Assembly (NCBI GenBank): GCA_964016885.1
Contig: OZ024740.1
Coordinates: 207,514,001 to 207,578,000, forward strand
Reading direction: 5' to 3'
Source of the DNA: Eledone cirrhosa
Lineage: Eukaryota
Length of the DNA stretch: 64,000 nt
The position numbers and the translations under genes were made by a program. Within the stretch, counting starts at the first letter, position 1, and every line of letters starts with the position of its first letter. The notes beneath the pieces were generated by a model. It had not been told where the DNA came from and searched no databases. It saw nothing but the letters and a program-made list of their open reading frames with translations. Positions 13,351-26,911 of the stretch are shown piece by piece.

Positions 13351-14695
13351 CCTAAATTCACTCCCAACATACTAATAGATGTGTTACTCTCACCGGCTTT
13401 TATTGTTTTAGTATTGATAAAATAATCCTAAATATATGAAGAGAAGGAGCTGCTGAGATGAAAATCGTGACTCTAAAGTTCTCTTTTCAAATATTTCGGT
13501 ATATATTCAATATTATACTGCTACCTATTATAGAGAATACAGTCGATTTAATTGACTTGTTTATATTGTCTACTACAATAATTGGTCTTATGCTCCAGTC
13601 AGAAAGCAAGAATAACAGACACACATCTCACATGTTGAAAGAATATATATTTCCCCGATACGTAATTCTAAAATATTTAGAAACGTGTTGTATTTCCTAA
13701 TACCAACAAATTTCAGACGGATCAATCTTTCTGTTGGTGCCTCACTAGACTTTCTTCCTCTCTACAACTCTACTTCATGCTAATTTGTAACCTGATCTGG
13801 GATGGTTATGGTTGCTTCAAGCAGACGACATCAAAAACAATATGGCTGCCATGGATTGTATCACGAGAGTTTCTAATTGTAAAATATTAGCTGAAATGAC
13901 CAGAAAAAACGACAGGAATACAAAACTAGGTTTTCAGTGAAGATAAATAGACCAATTTTCTCTTCACTTGTCTCATTATTGGTAGTTTCATTGTTGTTCT
14001 CTGCAATTATTACAAGAGGAAAGCTTTTTCGGCTGTTATTTTCATTTTATGGAATAATTGTCAAAGAATGAAACCAGTTACGTAACCGCCGACATAAATT
14101 ATAAAAATATATTATTACATTGTATAGCTACAATGCTCTCTATGTTATTAAAACATCTGACTATTTCAATACAGATAATTTTTCAATTAAATTTTAGATT
14201 ACTCGCATTTAATTTCCCCTGTCAATAGAAAATTTCAAACACGTTCTTTCCCTATCTTCTTTTAAACATCCTGTCCGGAATCCCAAGAATTGCAAGGTCG
14301 TTTCACTGTACGTTAAGCAGATGAGAACGAAAAATTCCCCGGTAGAACGAGTAGGTGCCAGATATTCTGGATTTGCCATCAGTGCTAGACTGGTGTTCTC
14401 TCTGTCTGCCAATCATTTTTTAATGCGGATATAAGTATCACCTTCATTAGTCTCTATGGTACGTTTATCCCAGACACATGTACACACTTACATACACACA
14501 ACACTCTCTCTCTCCCTCCCCCTCTCTCTCCCTCTCGCTCTGTTGTTCTCTCTCTCATTCACTCACACACGCATACGCACAGACACACAGAGTCACACAC
14601 ACACACGCATAAAAACCTACGTTTTAATATCATATGTAAGTGCATATTTGAAAACCTAATTCACGCATACGTGCACAAGCAATATTTGAATATAA

Positions 14696-14795
<100 letters not shown>

Positions 14796-14839
14796 GTGTA
14801 TATATATGTAAATACTGTGTTTCTTACTATATATTGTTA

Positions 14840-14875
<36 letters not shown>

Positions 14876-14878
14876 CTG

Positions 14879-14982
14879 GTCCCAATAACTTTTTTTTAGT
14901 TATTGCTCGCACCAACCTGAAGTATCTGATTTTTAATGCGATGACATACCAATGATGGTTGGAAAATCACTGACGAAGGACT
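14879..14982 (+). ncRNA. Rewired hammerhead-like motif (family D, copy 2)
   Basis: Same layout as 2102; AUC at the predicted cleavage site; GACA in place of GAAA. Confidence 0.6.
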
Positions 14983-15069
14983 ATTTTTATCATATGTAAC
15001 CCATGTGGAAACCACGCAGTATTCTTCTTTCTTCTCATGTTTTTATATATATATATATGTATATAACGG

Positions 15070-15660
15070 CGATGAATTAGTTTTGCGAGGTTTTTATATG
15101 AAATCGTGTGTCGAAACAAATATTGTATTGTTATACTTGGGGAGGGTCATATTTGTGTAATATTGCCAGAATTAATAACAGAACACATTCACTGTTTGGT
15201 TGGTTTTCGCTTTTCGCTTCTGTGTCTTTTATATTGGTAATCTAATTTATTCGGTCCTCAATGTTGCCATTGACTGACCAACGGTCAAAAATAATACAGA
15301 TACAATATAGACACAAACACATATATATAGTTTATCAAAGTTCTTTCGTTGCACATCTGCAACATCGTCAGTGGTGCTATTGTTTCCTCCCATTACTTTG
15401 TATTTTCTACGCCATCTTTATTTAGTCTGTTTATATATTTATTTATTTGTTTATTTTATTTTGTCTTCTTTGCGCATGCGTTTGCGTGTGTGTATAGTGT
15501 TTTGTTTGATGTGTGTTTGTGATTGGGTGACTGTGTATTGGTTAATGTATTCTATCTTTACTAGTGTGTGTTTATATGTGTTTGTTGTTATTGTGCTTGT
15601 GTATGTATTTATTTATTTATCTATTTATTTATTTATTTATACCCTCTCTTAGGTCAGTGT
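15070..15660 (-). mobile_element. 3' pLTR of the Penelope-like element, with HHR motif
   Basis: Directly downstream of the GIY-YIG region; minus strand CTGACGA-T-GTTGCA-GATG-TGCAAC-GAAA at 15344-15371. Confidence 0.75.
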
Positions 15661-15679
15661 TGTTTGTTTGGGTGTTGTT

Positions 15680-17996
15680 GTTATTCCATTCATTCTTTCT
15701 GTTTAGCCTTGGCCTTCTAAGTTCTATTTCACTGGCCTCTCTGATTTGCCTATCTGCTGGGTCATTTCTATGTTTAGATATTATTCTAATTTCTATGTTG
15801 TCTATGTTACCGTCGTGTTGTTGTCTGGCATGTTCGTATAGTACTAACCCGTTTTTTTCGTCCTTTTAGTTCCCCCAGTGTTGGTCTATCCTTTCACCTA
15901 TGCTACGAGCTGTCTCGCCTATGTATGTTGTTGTCATGTTTCTGCAAGTACCCTCTGTACATCTTATGCTATAGACTACGTTTCTAGTTTTACAGTTTAT
16001 CCGGGGGTTTACCTTACATATGATACATTTCCTGTTAGTACAGTGGGTTTTCTTAAAAGGGTAGGTTTTGCTGATCAGGGATTTTATGGTGGTTCCTGGC
16101 TTTTCTACCACCTTGATCTTTAAGTGGGTCTTTCTCAGAGCCTTTCTACACTGGTTAGCTAATTTCCCTCCAGGGGTAGCGTCCACAAACATGACACTCT
16201 GGTATTTCTGGTTGTCGTACCATGAGGTGGCTTGCCCTATCTTATGTCTAGCCCTATCTAAGCTATTCCATGATTTGCTCCTGTATAATGGGCAAATTCC
16301 TTTCATGTCCAGTTCTATGAGGGTCTTATACTTCTCCATGGCTCCTTCGTATACTCTGACTCTGTCTCTTTGGTGTAGCCAGAGAACTGCATGCGGTTGA
16401 TGAAGTGTTGCATGTGTCTTTCCATTTCTGTTGGGTCGCACATGCGGGACACATTCTTAATCACTCGTACCAAATCTGCGATCAGAATATTAAACTTAGC
16501 ACTACTGGACATTGCTGAGTTTTTGAGTATCAGGTATTTGGAGGCCATGGGTTTAGCATAGTGTGAGTGGAGAATGTGGGCTTTCTCGTCTATAGTGTTA
16601 ATCCAGAGTTCCGTGTCTAATACAGATAGTCTATTGTTAGGGTGTTTGGCAGGGTAGTCGATAGTTACAGTTATACTCTGGTGTATGGAATTAGCTATCT
16701 GCTGGATGCTTTCCATTGTGCTACGTTCTAAATCAAACTTGTTAGTGCTCTCTAGTGGGGATGTTCTTATAACAATATTGATATCGTCTACGTAACGAGA
16801 GTACATGATGAGGTCTATGGAGCTCTCATTAAGGAGATCTTTAAGTCTCCTTTCCCACCATACCATAAAAAGGTTGGCAACATCGCCAGCTATGCTGACG
16901 CCAATGGCTGCTCCCTCATTTTGGGTGTAGATCTTCTCGTTGAACTTGAATATGTGACCCTTTAGGGTAGTTTTGATACTATCCCTATTGCATGTGCGAC
17001 TATTTTTCTTACCTGATCATTGTTTTGGGGGGTCCGTATAGCTTTGGTCCACCCAATCCACCTTCCCATGGGAATCTTTTTAGCCATTGCGGTTATGGTG
17101 GGGGGTCTACCTCTTATGGGTCTCCTAGGGCAGAAACATCTAAGGTCATGGCTGTCTAGGTAGTCAGTGTCGTAGGTAAGTCTAAGTAGGAGGCCCAGTT
17201 CGTCTGTGTTTACGTCGCGGAACTCCACCTCACTCTCAATGATTATCTCCACACATTTTTCCACTGCAAAATCAATGTTAATGGATGGGTACAGTGATAC
17301 CACATCCATGCTGCCTATTATGCATTTGGATAGGCTCCTGTTTTTGTTGCACTCACTGATTCTGCTGAGGAGGTCCTCTGTACTGTCACATACATCTGGG
17401 GACATCTTGATTATGGGGCGTATAACCACTGAGAGGAAGTAGGATATCCTGTAGTTGCTAGCTATATTTGCTCCGCATACGGGTCTTGTTGGTGGTCCTG
17501 TTGTCGGGTCGTCGACTGTCTTGTGGTCTTTGCGGAGCCCATACAAGGGTGGTATGCCATTGTTAGACGCCTGGAAGTTGTTGGCAGTGCGTCTGCTTGG
17601 CTTTAGGATGTCGGTCCACATCATCATGTGAGCGTTGAGGATTTTCTCTCTCCCATCATGTGTTTGCTGTGCAATTTCGCTCGTGTTGGTGATGTGGGGT
17701 TGCATAGCCTTGATGTAGTTCGGCATGCTATCTATTGACATCCTACCAGACTTATCCGTGGGTAGACATACTACCTCACCATCCCTTGTGCGCTACTCGA
17801 GGCTAACCAAGCCTTCTACAGGTTTCCTCCCAAGTTGTTGGGCCTCTGGTCTGCTCTGTCTCTTAGTATACCGGTCTACTATTTGTCTAATCTTATTTCT
17901 AGCTATGGTGAACTGTGCCTCTGTCTCGTCATCTATTTGTTGTGGTATGCAAACTCTTTTATTAAAGCGTAACCTCGTAGGATAGATATTACCCAT
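15680..17996 (-). pseudogene. Penelope-like retroelement, RT plus C-terminal GIY-YIG endonuclease, frameshifted
   Basis: DKSG, LYGLRKDHK, PTRPVCGA, MDVVSLYPSI, GAAIG, YSRYVDD, VLDTELW, CKTRNVVYSIRC...YIGETAR across ORFs 16962-17741, 16315-16866 and 15866-16441. Confidence 0.9.
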
Positions 17997-18129
17997 CTTA
18001 CATGTTTTGTCAGCTGGGTTGAAAAATAGTTTTCTAAGGGGTTGTCATTATATCTATCGTCATAGTTGTGTGTGTTGCTATTATTGTTATTATGGTGGTT
18101 GTTGTTGTTCCTATCATTAGCATTATTAT

Positions 18130-18266
18130 TATTGTTATGATTGCTAGATGTATTGTTGCTGTGATTGTTAGATGTATTGTTGTTATGATTGCTAGATGTA
18201 TTGTTGCTGTGATTGTTAGATGTATTGTTGTTATGATTGCTAGATGTATTGTTGCTGTGATTGTTG
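18130..18266. repeat. 24/48-bp minisatellite in a (TTG)n-rich tract
   Basis: TTGTTATGATTGCTAGATGTATTG alternating with TTGCTGTGATTGTTAGATGTATTG. Confidence 0.85.
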
Positions 18267-18769
18267 TTTACTTCACCATTATTGTTGTTGTTACTATTAA
18301 TACTACCATTGCGGTTGTTACTTTTATTAACTGAACACATGCTTTTATCGAAATGTTTTTTTAAAATTATGAATAATAATTTGTATGCACGTTCACACAC
18401 ACACACACAAACACACACAAACACACACATGCACGCACACACACTCATACTATATATGTATGTATATATATATATGTTTTATGTGTTAAGTATTTCCGTA
18501 GCAAAGTTAAAGGAAAGAAGAGTGTTCTATGTATTTTACAGAGCTATTTAATTACACAATAAAAAAACAACAAAATTCCATAAATAATCATATTGTGTTT
18601 TTTATTATGTAATTATATATATATAGTAAGAATATGTTCGAAACAGCGAGTTGGTTTGAAATTATTAGAAATGTCAGCTATCGCCATATTTTGACTAAAG
18701 AAATTAAAGAAATTATTTAGCCTGATAGTGGGGTTAAGAACCCTCGGAGAAATGGAAAAAGATGAGTAT

Positions 18770-18840
18770 TGACGTACATGGGAGTCGAACCCACATCTTT
18801 GGTTATCCGGACCACTGTGATACCATTTACACCAACACAT
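18770..18840 (-). pseudogene. tRNA-like sequence (pseudo-tRNA or SINE head)
   Basis: D-arm GTG/CAC with AATGGT loop, TGGT/ACCA anticodon stem, T-arm GTGGG-TTCGACT-CCCAT; acceptor stem and anticodon loop are imperfect. Confidence 0.6.
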
Positions 18841-19024
18841 CACCCGTCTTTTTCCACACAAATTAGAAGCTATAAACTTAGCGACTGTAATGTCAAGTAA
18901 GAATATTTTCGAAACAGCGAGTTGGTTTGAAATTATTAGAAATGTAAGCTATCGCCATATTTTGACTAAAGAAATTAAAGAAATTATTTAGCCTGATAGT
19001 TTATACCTTCTAATTTGAATGGAA

Positions 19025-19329
19025 CGTCCTCATCAGATAAAATACATAAATTGATGTATGACATACCTCAAGACTAGAATTGAACCATCAGCACAGTTGA
19101 AGTATGTCTTACATCAATTTATGTATTTTATTTGATGAGGATGTACTGAAAAAACAGCACAGTACCTCCGAAATATATATAATAAAACATATTTTGATTA
19201 TGTGAATGTATCCATTTATTAATACTTTGAATAATATTAATAACTCCAGAAAACTTCTTTGTTGAGTGCTTTTAATCTATTGTAAAACTATATTTATTGA
19301 ATAATCAATGAACCTTGTTTAACATTTGG

Positions 19330-19330
<1 letters not shown>
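19025..19330 (+). mobile_element. Family-C pLTR with a short inverted copy and a mutated HHR
   Basis: TTTTAT-TTGATGA-GGA.GTACTG...CAGTACCTCC-GAAA-TATATA-TA-ATAAAA at 19126-19187; the inverted copy at 19028-19058 retains CTGATGA. Confidence 0.7.
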
Positions 19331-19370
<40 letters not shown>

Positions 19371-19376
<6 letters not shown>

Positions 19377-19670
19377 AATAAATCTACCAAAAAATACGGT
19401 AGTGTCCAATCCGTATGAAGAACTCAATGTAATTCAAATATCATGAAAAGAGATGTATTCAAAACATTTTTTCGATGAATTTTCGATGAATTTTTTAATA
19501 TAAGGAACTGTTTCTTTGTTTTTATTCATTGTTTTTATATTAAAAAATTCATCGAAAATTCATCGAAAAAATTTTTTGAATACATCTTTTCTTTTCATGA
19601 TATTTGGATTACATTGAGTTCTTCATACGGATTGGACACTACCGTATTTTTTGATAGATTTATTTACATA
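19371..19670. repeat. Fold-back element in (TA)n
   Basis: Arms 19371-19503/19535-19670 with a loop of about 31 nt. Confidence 0.85.
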
Positions 19671-19934
19671 TATATATATATATATATATATAGTACCGTA
19701 TCTGTTAGTTCTATCTGTAATCAACAAGCAATATATAAAACACACGTACATATATCGGATGGAAGGCAGGAGGCTGAATTAAGTGCAATAATTGCAGGAG
19801 CTTGTGTAGTAATGCGCCAACCTCAGCATTCTGTCATTAAAAGAAGAGGGGTAGGTGTAAAAGCCATTGCATACGTAAGACACATACACATACATTAAAA
19901 TTCTCACATACATATATATGTATGTGTGCGTGTT

Positions 19935-20715
19935 TGATAACAGAATGCTGGAGCTGGTGCACTACTACACCAATTATTGCAATTCTTGCATTTAATTATT
20001 CAACTTCCTGCCTTCCATCACTCCTGAAAACGGTCCCGAGATATTTGAACTTCTCTACCTGCTTCAATGAAACTTCACTCACATGTAATGTGCACTATAC
20101 AGGCTTTTCTGAGTGGACGAGATTTTGTAGCCCAGTTTCAATCCGGCCGTGCAGCACTCAGTAGCATATCAGAGACCACCTTCCAATGTACTGCCAGTTC
20201 AAGAAAGAAGACTTATTTCAAAGCCAATCTTTGCAAAGTTCCTTTGCTCGGATGGTATCTTTAACCTCTTGATAGAACCAGGGGTCCTTCTACCATCCGG
20301 CGCCACACCGTGCCACTTTTGTCGGCACCATTTAACAGTTGAAGCGGAAACTACCGAGCTTAAACAGTCTGCACTCCGTTTCAACATCCTGAGGGATTTT
20401 TCTGATTTAGGACACAATCATATCCACATACTTGATCCTGATTTCCTTATCACCATGCGCTTAACATTTTACCTTGTAGGTCGAAATAAACCTGCAAGTT
20501 CTGCGGATTATCTCAGGTAGCAGACAACTAGATGATGGTCAGGTGACAGCTCAGCTCCTATCTTAACACGAACATCCAGCACAGAATCGAAGAACTCAGA
20601 GATAATAAAATAATCAGTTGCTGATCTCTGTCCCCAATTTCCTTTATACTATGTATATACATGGATGTCTTATGTCTCTGTCCATAATTCAGAGCCCATT
20701 ATTAGAACAGAAGTT
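19935..20715 (-). pseudogene. Internally deleted RTE-type LINE fragment
   Basis: Minus strand GQRSATDYFII...VLDVRVKIGAELSPDHHLVVC (end of APE domain) and LKQVEKFKYLG (end of RT); diverged inverted piece at 19757-19840. Confidence 0.7.
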
Positions 20716-20717
20716 CA

Positions 20718-20955
20718 ATAGTTGTTTCTACGTTAGGCACAAGGCCAGCAATTATCCAGTGCATTACTGGTACTTTATTTTATCGACCCCGTAAGGATGA
20801 AAGGCAAAGTCAACCTCGGCGGGATTTGAACTCAGAAGTTCAATAATTGTTTCTACTTTCGGCACAAGGCCAGCAATTACCCAGTACATTACTGGTACTT
20901 TATTTTATCGACCCCGTAAGGATGAAAGGCAAAGTCAACCTCGGCGGGATTTGAA
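20718..20955 (-). mobile_element. Two tandem 5'-truncated family-2 SINEs
   Basis: Core repeated twice; AGAAGTTCAATA-like repeats at the junctions. Confidence 0.8.
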
Positions 20956-21609
20956 GTTCAATAATGTCACCCCGTTCGTATTTAGATCAGGAAAGCATTA
21001 CTGGAATAAATACATTACAGCTATCGGGTTTAAAATTGCCAGACATATCTAGACTATTGAATATTCCTAGCTTATTACATATTCCACATGCTCGAGTTTA
21101 TCTGAAATTTTAAGTAACATGTGTAGATAAGATTCTACATGTATTTCTATTTTTATAATACTGAATCATCACTGTATTGTCATTCGATATTTGTTCAAAC
21201 TCACTCACCTTCGACTGCACACACACACACACACACACCCACACACACACACCCACCCACCCACACACACACAGACACACACACACACACACGCACACAC
21301 ACATATATATATAATTAAGATGTATTCATATTCTCACAATTATCCAGTATCACAATTGTATAACCGTCTCTACGTTGGTTTGCTCTATTTCTCTGTATTT
21401 ATGTATGTGTGGGTGCGCGCGCACCAGTGTGTATGTGTATGTGTGCGCGCACCAGTGTGTGTGTGTGTTTGTTTATGCATGTCTGCATATGTGTGTACAA
21501 TACATTTATTACCAATGGCTCTCTAATGACACTGAAAGAAAATTTGATATATTTTAAATCATTGCATTAAATGTCATAATAAATATATCTAACTATAAAA
21601 ACATAGTTA

Positions 21610-21610
21610 A

Positions 21611-21643
<33 letters not shown>

Positions 21644-21843
21644 CGGTGGTGGGTGTGGTGGCGGCAGCAGTAGTAGTAGTGGTGGTGGTGGTGGTGGTGG
21701 TGGTGGTGGTGGTAGTAGTAGTAGTGGCGGTGGTAGGTGTGGTGGTGGAAGTAGTAGTAGTGGTAGTGGTGGTGGATGTGGTGGTGGTGGTAGTAGTAGT
21801 AGTAATGGTAGTAGTGGTTGTGATGGTTGTGGTGGTAGTAGTG

Positions 21844-21882
<39 letters not shown>

Positions 21883-21910
21883 CTGGTGGTGGTGGTGATG
21901 GTAGTAGTAT

Positions 21911-21957
<47 letters not shown>

Positions 21958-21985
21958 CTGGTGGTGGTGGTGATGGTAGTAGTAT

Positions 21986-22020
<35 letters not shown>

Positions 22021-22092
22021 ATGGTAGTAGTAGTGGTGATGGTAGCAGTAGTAGTAGTAGTAGTAGTAGCAGTAGTAGTAGTAGTAGTAGTA
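21610..22092. repeat. (GTA/GTG)n microsatellite
   Basis: Visible trinucleotide repeat. Confidence 0.95.
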
Positions 22093-22251
22093 TCAAATAG
22101 AGGCTGTGTAGCAGGACAATCTGTCAAAAGATCTTCAGAGTAACTAACTACAAACTAAGTCAAAGTATTTGTTTTGTCTAATATCTTTATAGATATTAGT
22201 CTGAGCGACTACAGCAACGAAAAGTGCATACACGCACACACACACACACAT

Positions 22252-22298
<47 letters not shown>

Positions 22299-22445
22299 CA
22301 CACACACATACACGCACACACACACACACATACACGCACACACACACACACACACATACACGCACACACACACACACACACACAGATATATAGATATATA
22401 TAGCATGTATATTTTGTATATATATATATAGCATGTATATGTTGT

Positions 22446-22495
<50 letters not shown>

Positions 22496-22504
22496 CATGT
22501 ATAT

Positions 22505-22539
<35 letters not shown>

Positions 22540-22552
22540 CATGTATATATTT

Positions 22553-22625
<73 letters not shown>

Positions 22626-22757
22626 ATATATACATGTATATATTATGTATATATTATGTACATATGTATATATTATGTACATATATATATACATGTATAT
22701 ATTATGTACATATATATATAGCATGTATATATATTGTATACATATATATATATATAT

Positions 22758-23620
22758 ATGAACTGCAAAAGCAGAAATCTAATTTACTGCATTAAATGCC
22801 CGAATTGTGAAGAACTATATGTCGGTCAAACTGGAAATGCACTATCGGAACGTGTACGGGTACACCGTCAACAAATCAGAGACCCAAATGTCCGTCAGAT
22901 ACCCCTAAGCGGCCACCTGGCAACATGTGGTCAGGGAATATTTATAATATTCCCATTCTACAAATTACACAGCCCAAGTGAAATCAAGAGAAAAATCAAA
23001 GAAAAGAATTTTATTGATAAATTCAAACCCAAGCTAAATGAACAATAATAACGCCTAGGGGTATTACTTCTACTACCACTATGACCACGACCACTAACAA
23101 CAACAACAACAACAACAACAATAATAATAATAATAAAAGTGATGTTGATGGTGATGATTAATAGAAAATGCTATTTTCATCATTTCAAAAAGCAAAACAA
23201 TTGATACGTTGGGTATGACTATTGGTCGTTAGCATGCTCAACCAACCGTGACGCTTAAACCAATCAGCTGTAGTAATTCAGTGAAACTACACACTGATTG
23301 GTCGAAATACAGTTTACAGGGCTTTGCATTCTGGAGCCACTTTTCTCTGTATAAAATGTATAAAAGGTAGGAAATTTACCCATCTCATTACAGTTGAAAA
23401 TTGCAAACTCGACTGTCACCACATATCATGAACCTGAAGATTGCGAAAGCATGAAAGTACTTGTTCAATTAACACTTAGAATTTAATATTCTATCATACT
23501 ATTTCATTATAATACCATTATATATATTTTAAAGGATTGTAAATAAAACGAGTAAATCAGACAAAGTTGGAATTCCTCTTATTAATATAATCTTCTATAC
23601 ACAATCATATACACCCGTGT
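22758..23620 (+). mobile_element. 5'-truncated PLE: GIY-YIG exonic end plus 3' pLTR
   Basis: [23 protein letters not shown]...ERVRVHRQQI...PKLN (22758-23048); both ends abut (TA)n. Confidence 0.85.
23430..23466 (+). ncRNA. Minimal type I HHR
   Basis: GAAC-CTGAAGA-T-TGC-GAAA-GCA-T-GAAA-GTAC-TT-GTTC; palindromic stem III loop. Confidence 0.75.
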
Positions 23621-23654
23621 ATATTTACCTATCTATATCTATATCTATATCTAT

Positions 23655-23750
<96 letters not shown>

Positions 23751-23994
23751 AAAGGATAACAAGGATGATTGAATACTCCTTCATTACATTTATTGTAGGT
23801 GACGCGCGTTTCGCCACTGATCAGCTCAAGGTTCGATCTGTATCAATCTTACCCGACTATATAATCGGCAGCCCGACGGACCCTTTTAAATGCTAGTAGA
23901 AAATGAATACATGCTATATGGTAAAGTCAGAAGTTCATATGTTGGTCAATATGGCTTGTTTTGATTGGTGGAATAGATCATAGGGATGTTATGG

Positions 23995-24465
23995 CCTGTA
24001 GTGTATGTAGGGGTGGATGTGATGGTAAGATGGTGGTGACGGTCTCTGGCTGGGGTGGGCTGTGCTGTGGGGGTGGTAGATTGACTTTCTCCTGTAGTGT
24101 ATGTGGGGGTGGATGTGATGGTAAGATGGTGGTGACGGTCGCTGGCTGCGGTGGGCTGTGGTGTGGGGGTGGTAGATTGACTTTCTCCTGTAGTGTATGT
24201 GGGGGGTGGATGTGATGATAAGATGGTGGTGACGGTCGCTGGCTGGGGTGGGCTGTGGTGTGGGGGTGGTAGATTGACTTTCTCCTGTAGTGTATGTGGG
24301 GGTGGATGTGATGATAAGATGGTGGTGACGGTCTCTGGCTGGGGTGGGCTGTGGTGTGGGGGTGGTAGATTGACTTTCTCCTGTAGTGTATGTGGGGGTG
24401 GATGTGATGATAAGATGGTGGTGACGGTCTCTGGCTGGGATGGTTGTGGTGTGGGTGTAGTGGGT
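23995..24465. repeat. 96-bp minisatellite, about 5 copies
   Basis: CCTGTAGTGTATGT recurs at 23995, 24091, 24187, 24284 and 24380. Confidence 0.95.
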
Positions 24466-24512
24466 TGCCGGTGGGCAGATTGGCGTATATTTGTGGCTGA
24501 CATTTGTGGTGT

Positions 24513-24686
24513 TGTTGTTTATGGTAATGGCGTTTATGGTGCTGTGGTGGATGTGTTGGTGGTGTATATATATATGTATACAACGTTTCTGTCAGACTAA
24601 GAGTGTCTACGTATGTATCTCCCCATGGATTTGACACCACCAACACATCCACCACAGCACCATAAACGCCATTACCATAAACAACA
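24513..24686. repeat. 53-bp inverted repeat
   Basis: Arms 24513-24565/24634-24686. Confidence 0.9.
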
Positions 24687-24687
24687 G

Positions 24688-24766
<79 letters not shown>

Positions 24767-24805
24767 ATAATAATAAAATTGAATAAACTTTAATCTGTTA
24801 TTTTA

Positions 24806-24891
<86 letters not shown>

Positions 24892-24914
24892 TACAATATA
24901 TACATGCTATATAT

Positions 24915-25383
24915 ATATTAGGTATAGGAATATCCAAGATGTAGTAATGGTTAGTTACTACACTGGATATGGTTGACGTACGGTGAGAGGTTACTCTACG
25001 AGTTATGGAAGAATTGTTTAAGAAACTTAGTTCCTGATCCTTCTGTATTCCGGAGTGTATATAAAGAATGAATAATAACAGGTAGACATCATAAAAAGGT
25101 AATTTATTCCGTGTGCTTACAAATGTTTCCACGGTGGTAATACAGCCTAGTTATGCTATGTGAAAATTTACAACTATTTGCAGAACTCAAATATCAAATG
25201 CTGTGACCACTGTATCCTCAGAGCAGAATGGTTAAAATGTACAATGTGATATTTGATATTTGAGTTCTGCAAATAGTTGTAAATTTTCACATAGCATAAC
25301 TAGGTTGTATTACCACCGTGGAAACATTTGTAAGCGCACGGAATAAATTACCTTTTTATGATGTCTACCTGTTATTATTCATT

Positions 25384-25390
<7 letters not shown>
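24915..25390. mobile_element. Fold-back element in (TA)n
   Basis: Arms about 25060-25199/25254-25390; left arm extends further; no intact HHR core seen. Confidence 0.75.
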
Positions 25391-25422
<32 letters not shown>

Positions 25423-25486
25423 TACATATACGTTGTATAAATAAATATATATATATATATATATATATAGCATGTATATATTGTAT

Positions 25487-25574
<88 letters not shown>

Positions 25575-25711
25575 GTATACAATATATACATGCTATATAT
25601 ATACATATATATATATATATTTATACAACGTATATGTATATATATATATATATATATATGTATACAACGTATATACATATACATATATATATATATATAT
25701 ATGAAAAAGTG

Positions 25712-25765
25712 AGTCCTTCATCAGTGACCCTCCAACCGTCCTCGGCATTTCATCGCTTTAAGGGA
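25712..25765 (-). ncRNA. Truncated rewired-HHR motif (family D variant)
   Basis: Minus strand CCCTT-AAAGCGAT-GAAATGCC-GAGGAC-GGTTGG-AGGGTCA-CTGATGA-AGGAC. Confidence 0.55.
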
Positions 25766-25854
25766 TAGCATGTATATATATGATGTGACTGCTTACTTTA
25801 GTATATGCATTATATTCGTTAATTTATTTTTATTTATCTTTATAATTTTATATA

Positions 25855-26045
25855 TAGTAATAATAATAAAATTGAAGACTAAAATCCAAAGAGGGCTCGA
25901 TATCAAATATATAAGAACCGTAGAGCAAATATTTATTAAAATAACAGATTAAAGTTTAAGCAAAGAATCGCTGCTTTCACCCTTAACGGGAGGGTGAAAG
26001 CAGCGATTCTTAGCTTAAACTTTAATCTGTTATTTTAATAAATAA
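25855..26045. mobile_element. Family-E fold-back pLTR end
   Basis: Arms 25930-25983/25991-26044 turn within HHR stem II; homologous to 40085, 41478 and 43765. Confidence 0.8.
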
Positions 26046-26048
26046 TTT

Positions 26049-26115
<67 letters not shown>

Positions 26116-26181
26116 ATATATAAAACATGAGAATAAAGAGGAATACTGCGTGGTTGCACATGGGTTACATATGATAAAAAT

Positions 26182-26285
26182 AGTCCTTCGTCAGTGATTT
26201 TCCAACCATCATTGGTATGTCATCGCATTAAAAATCATATACCTCAGGTTGGTGCGAGCAATAACTAAAAAAAGTTATTGGGACC
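26182..26285 (-). ncRNA. Rewired hammerhead-like motif (family D, copy 3)
   Basis: Nearly identical to 14879-14982, on the minus strand. Confidence 0.6.
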
Positions 26286-26422
26286 AGTAAATCGCGTAAA
26301 GCGAGGGGGACAAGTAAACAAGATAGAAGGATAAAAGCAAACCAAAGATAGGAATGTGGTTGTGTATTTATGTGTATGTATATTTTAAATATACATACAC
26401 ATAAATACACAAACACACACAC

Positions 26423-26484
<62 letters not shown>

Positions 26485-26667
26485 TTGTGTATTTATGTGT
26501 ATGTATATTTATATATATATCTATGTATATATGTATGCGTGTTTGTGTTTGTGTGTGTGTTTATATACTTTTATATTTATTATCTTTTTTCTTCTGCCTT
26601 CAGCCTCACTTTCATATTTCTTATATTTTTCTTTTCAAATTCACATTCAATAAAAACACCACGATTT

Positions 26668-26727
26668 TTTCATTCTGACGACTGAAAGCAGATTTATTTG
26701 CTTTCAAGAAACCACTGGTAAATGAAA
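26668..26727 (+). ncRNA. Type I HHR
   Basis: TTTCATT-CTGACGA-C-TGAAAGCA/TGCTTTCA-A-GAAACCACTGGTA-AATGAAA; GUA triplet; truncated relative at 43622-43678. Confidence 0.75.
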
Positions 26728-26751
26728 TAATTATGTTGTTTATTACATAAC

Positions 26752-26861
<110 letters not shown>

Positions 26862-26862
26862 C

Positions 26863-26911
<49 letters not shown>

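Noticed and set aside
11472-13355. 627-aa His/Pro/Thr-rich ORF
   Set aside because: Stop-free only because the repeat lacks stop codons; no ATG start or domain.
13360-14460. Possible host exon (NPEY-containing ORF 14209-14412)
   Set aside because: No recognisable domain or convincing splice structure; needs RNA-seq.
14915-14962. SECIS element or C/D snoRNA reading of the family-D motif
   Set aside because: Spacing is too short for SECIS helix II and there is no terminal C/D pair; only the K-turn part is supported.
23995-24465. Possible CRISPR array
   Set aside because: Units repeat in full with no unique spacers; no cas genes; eukaryotic context.
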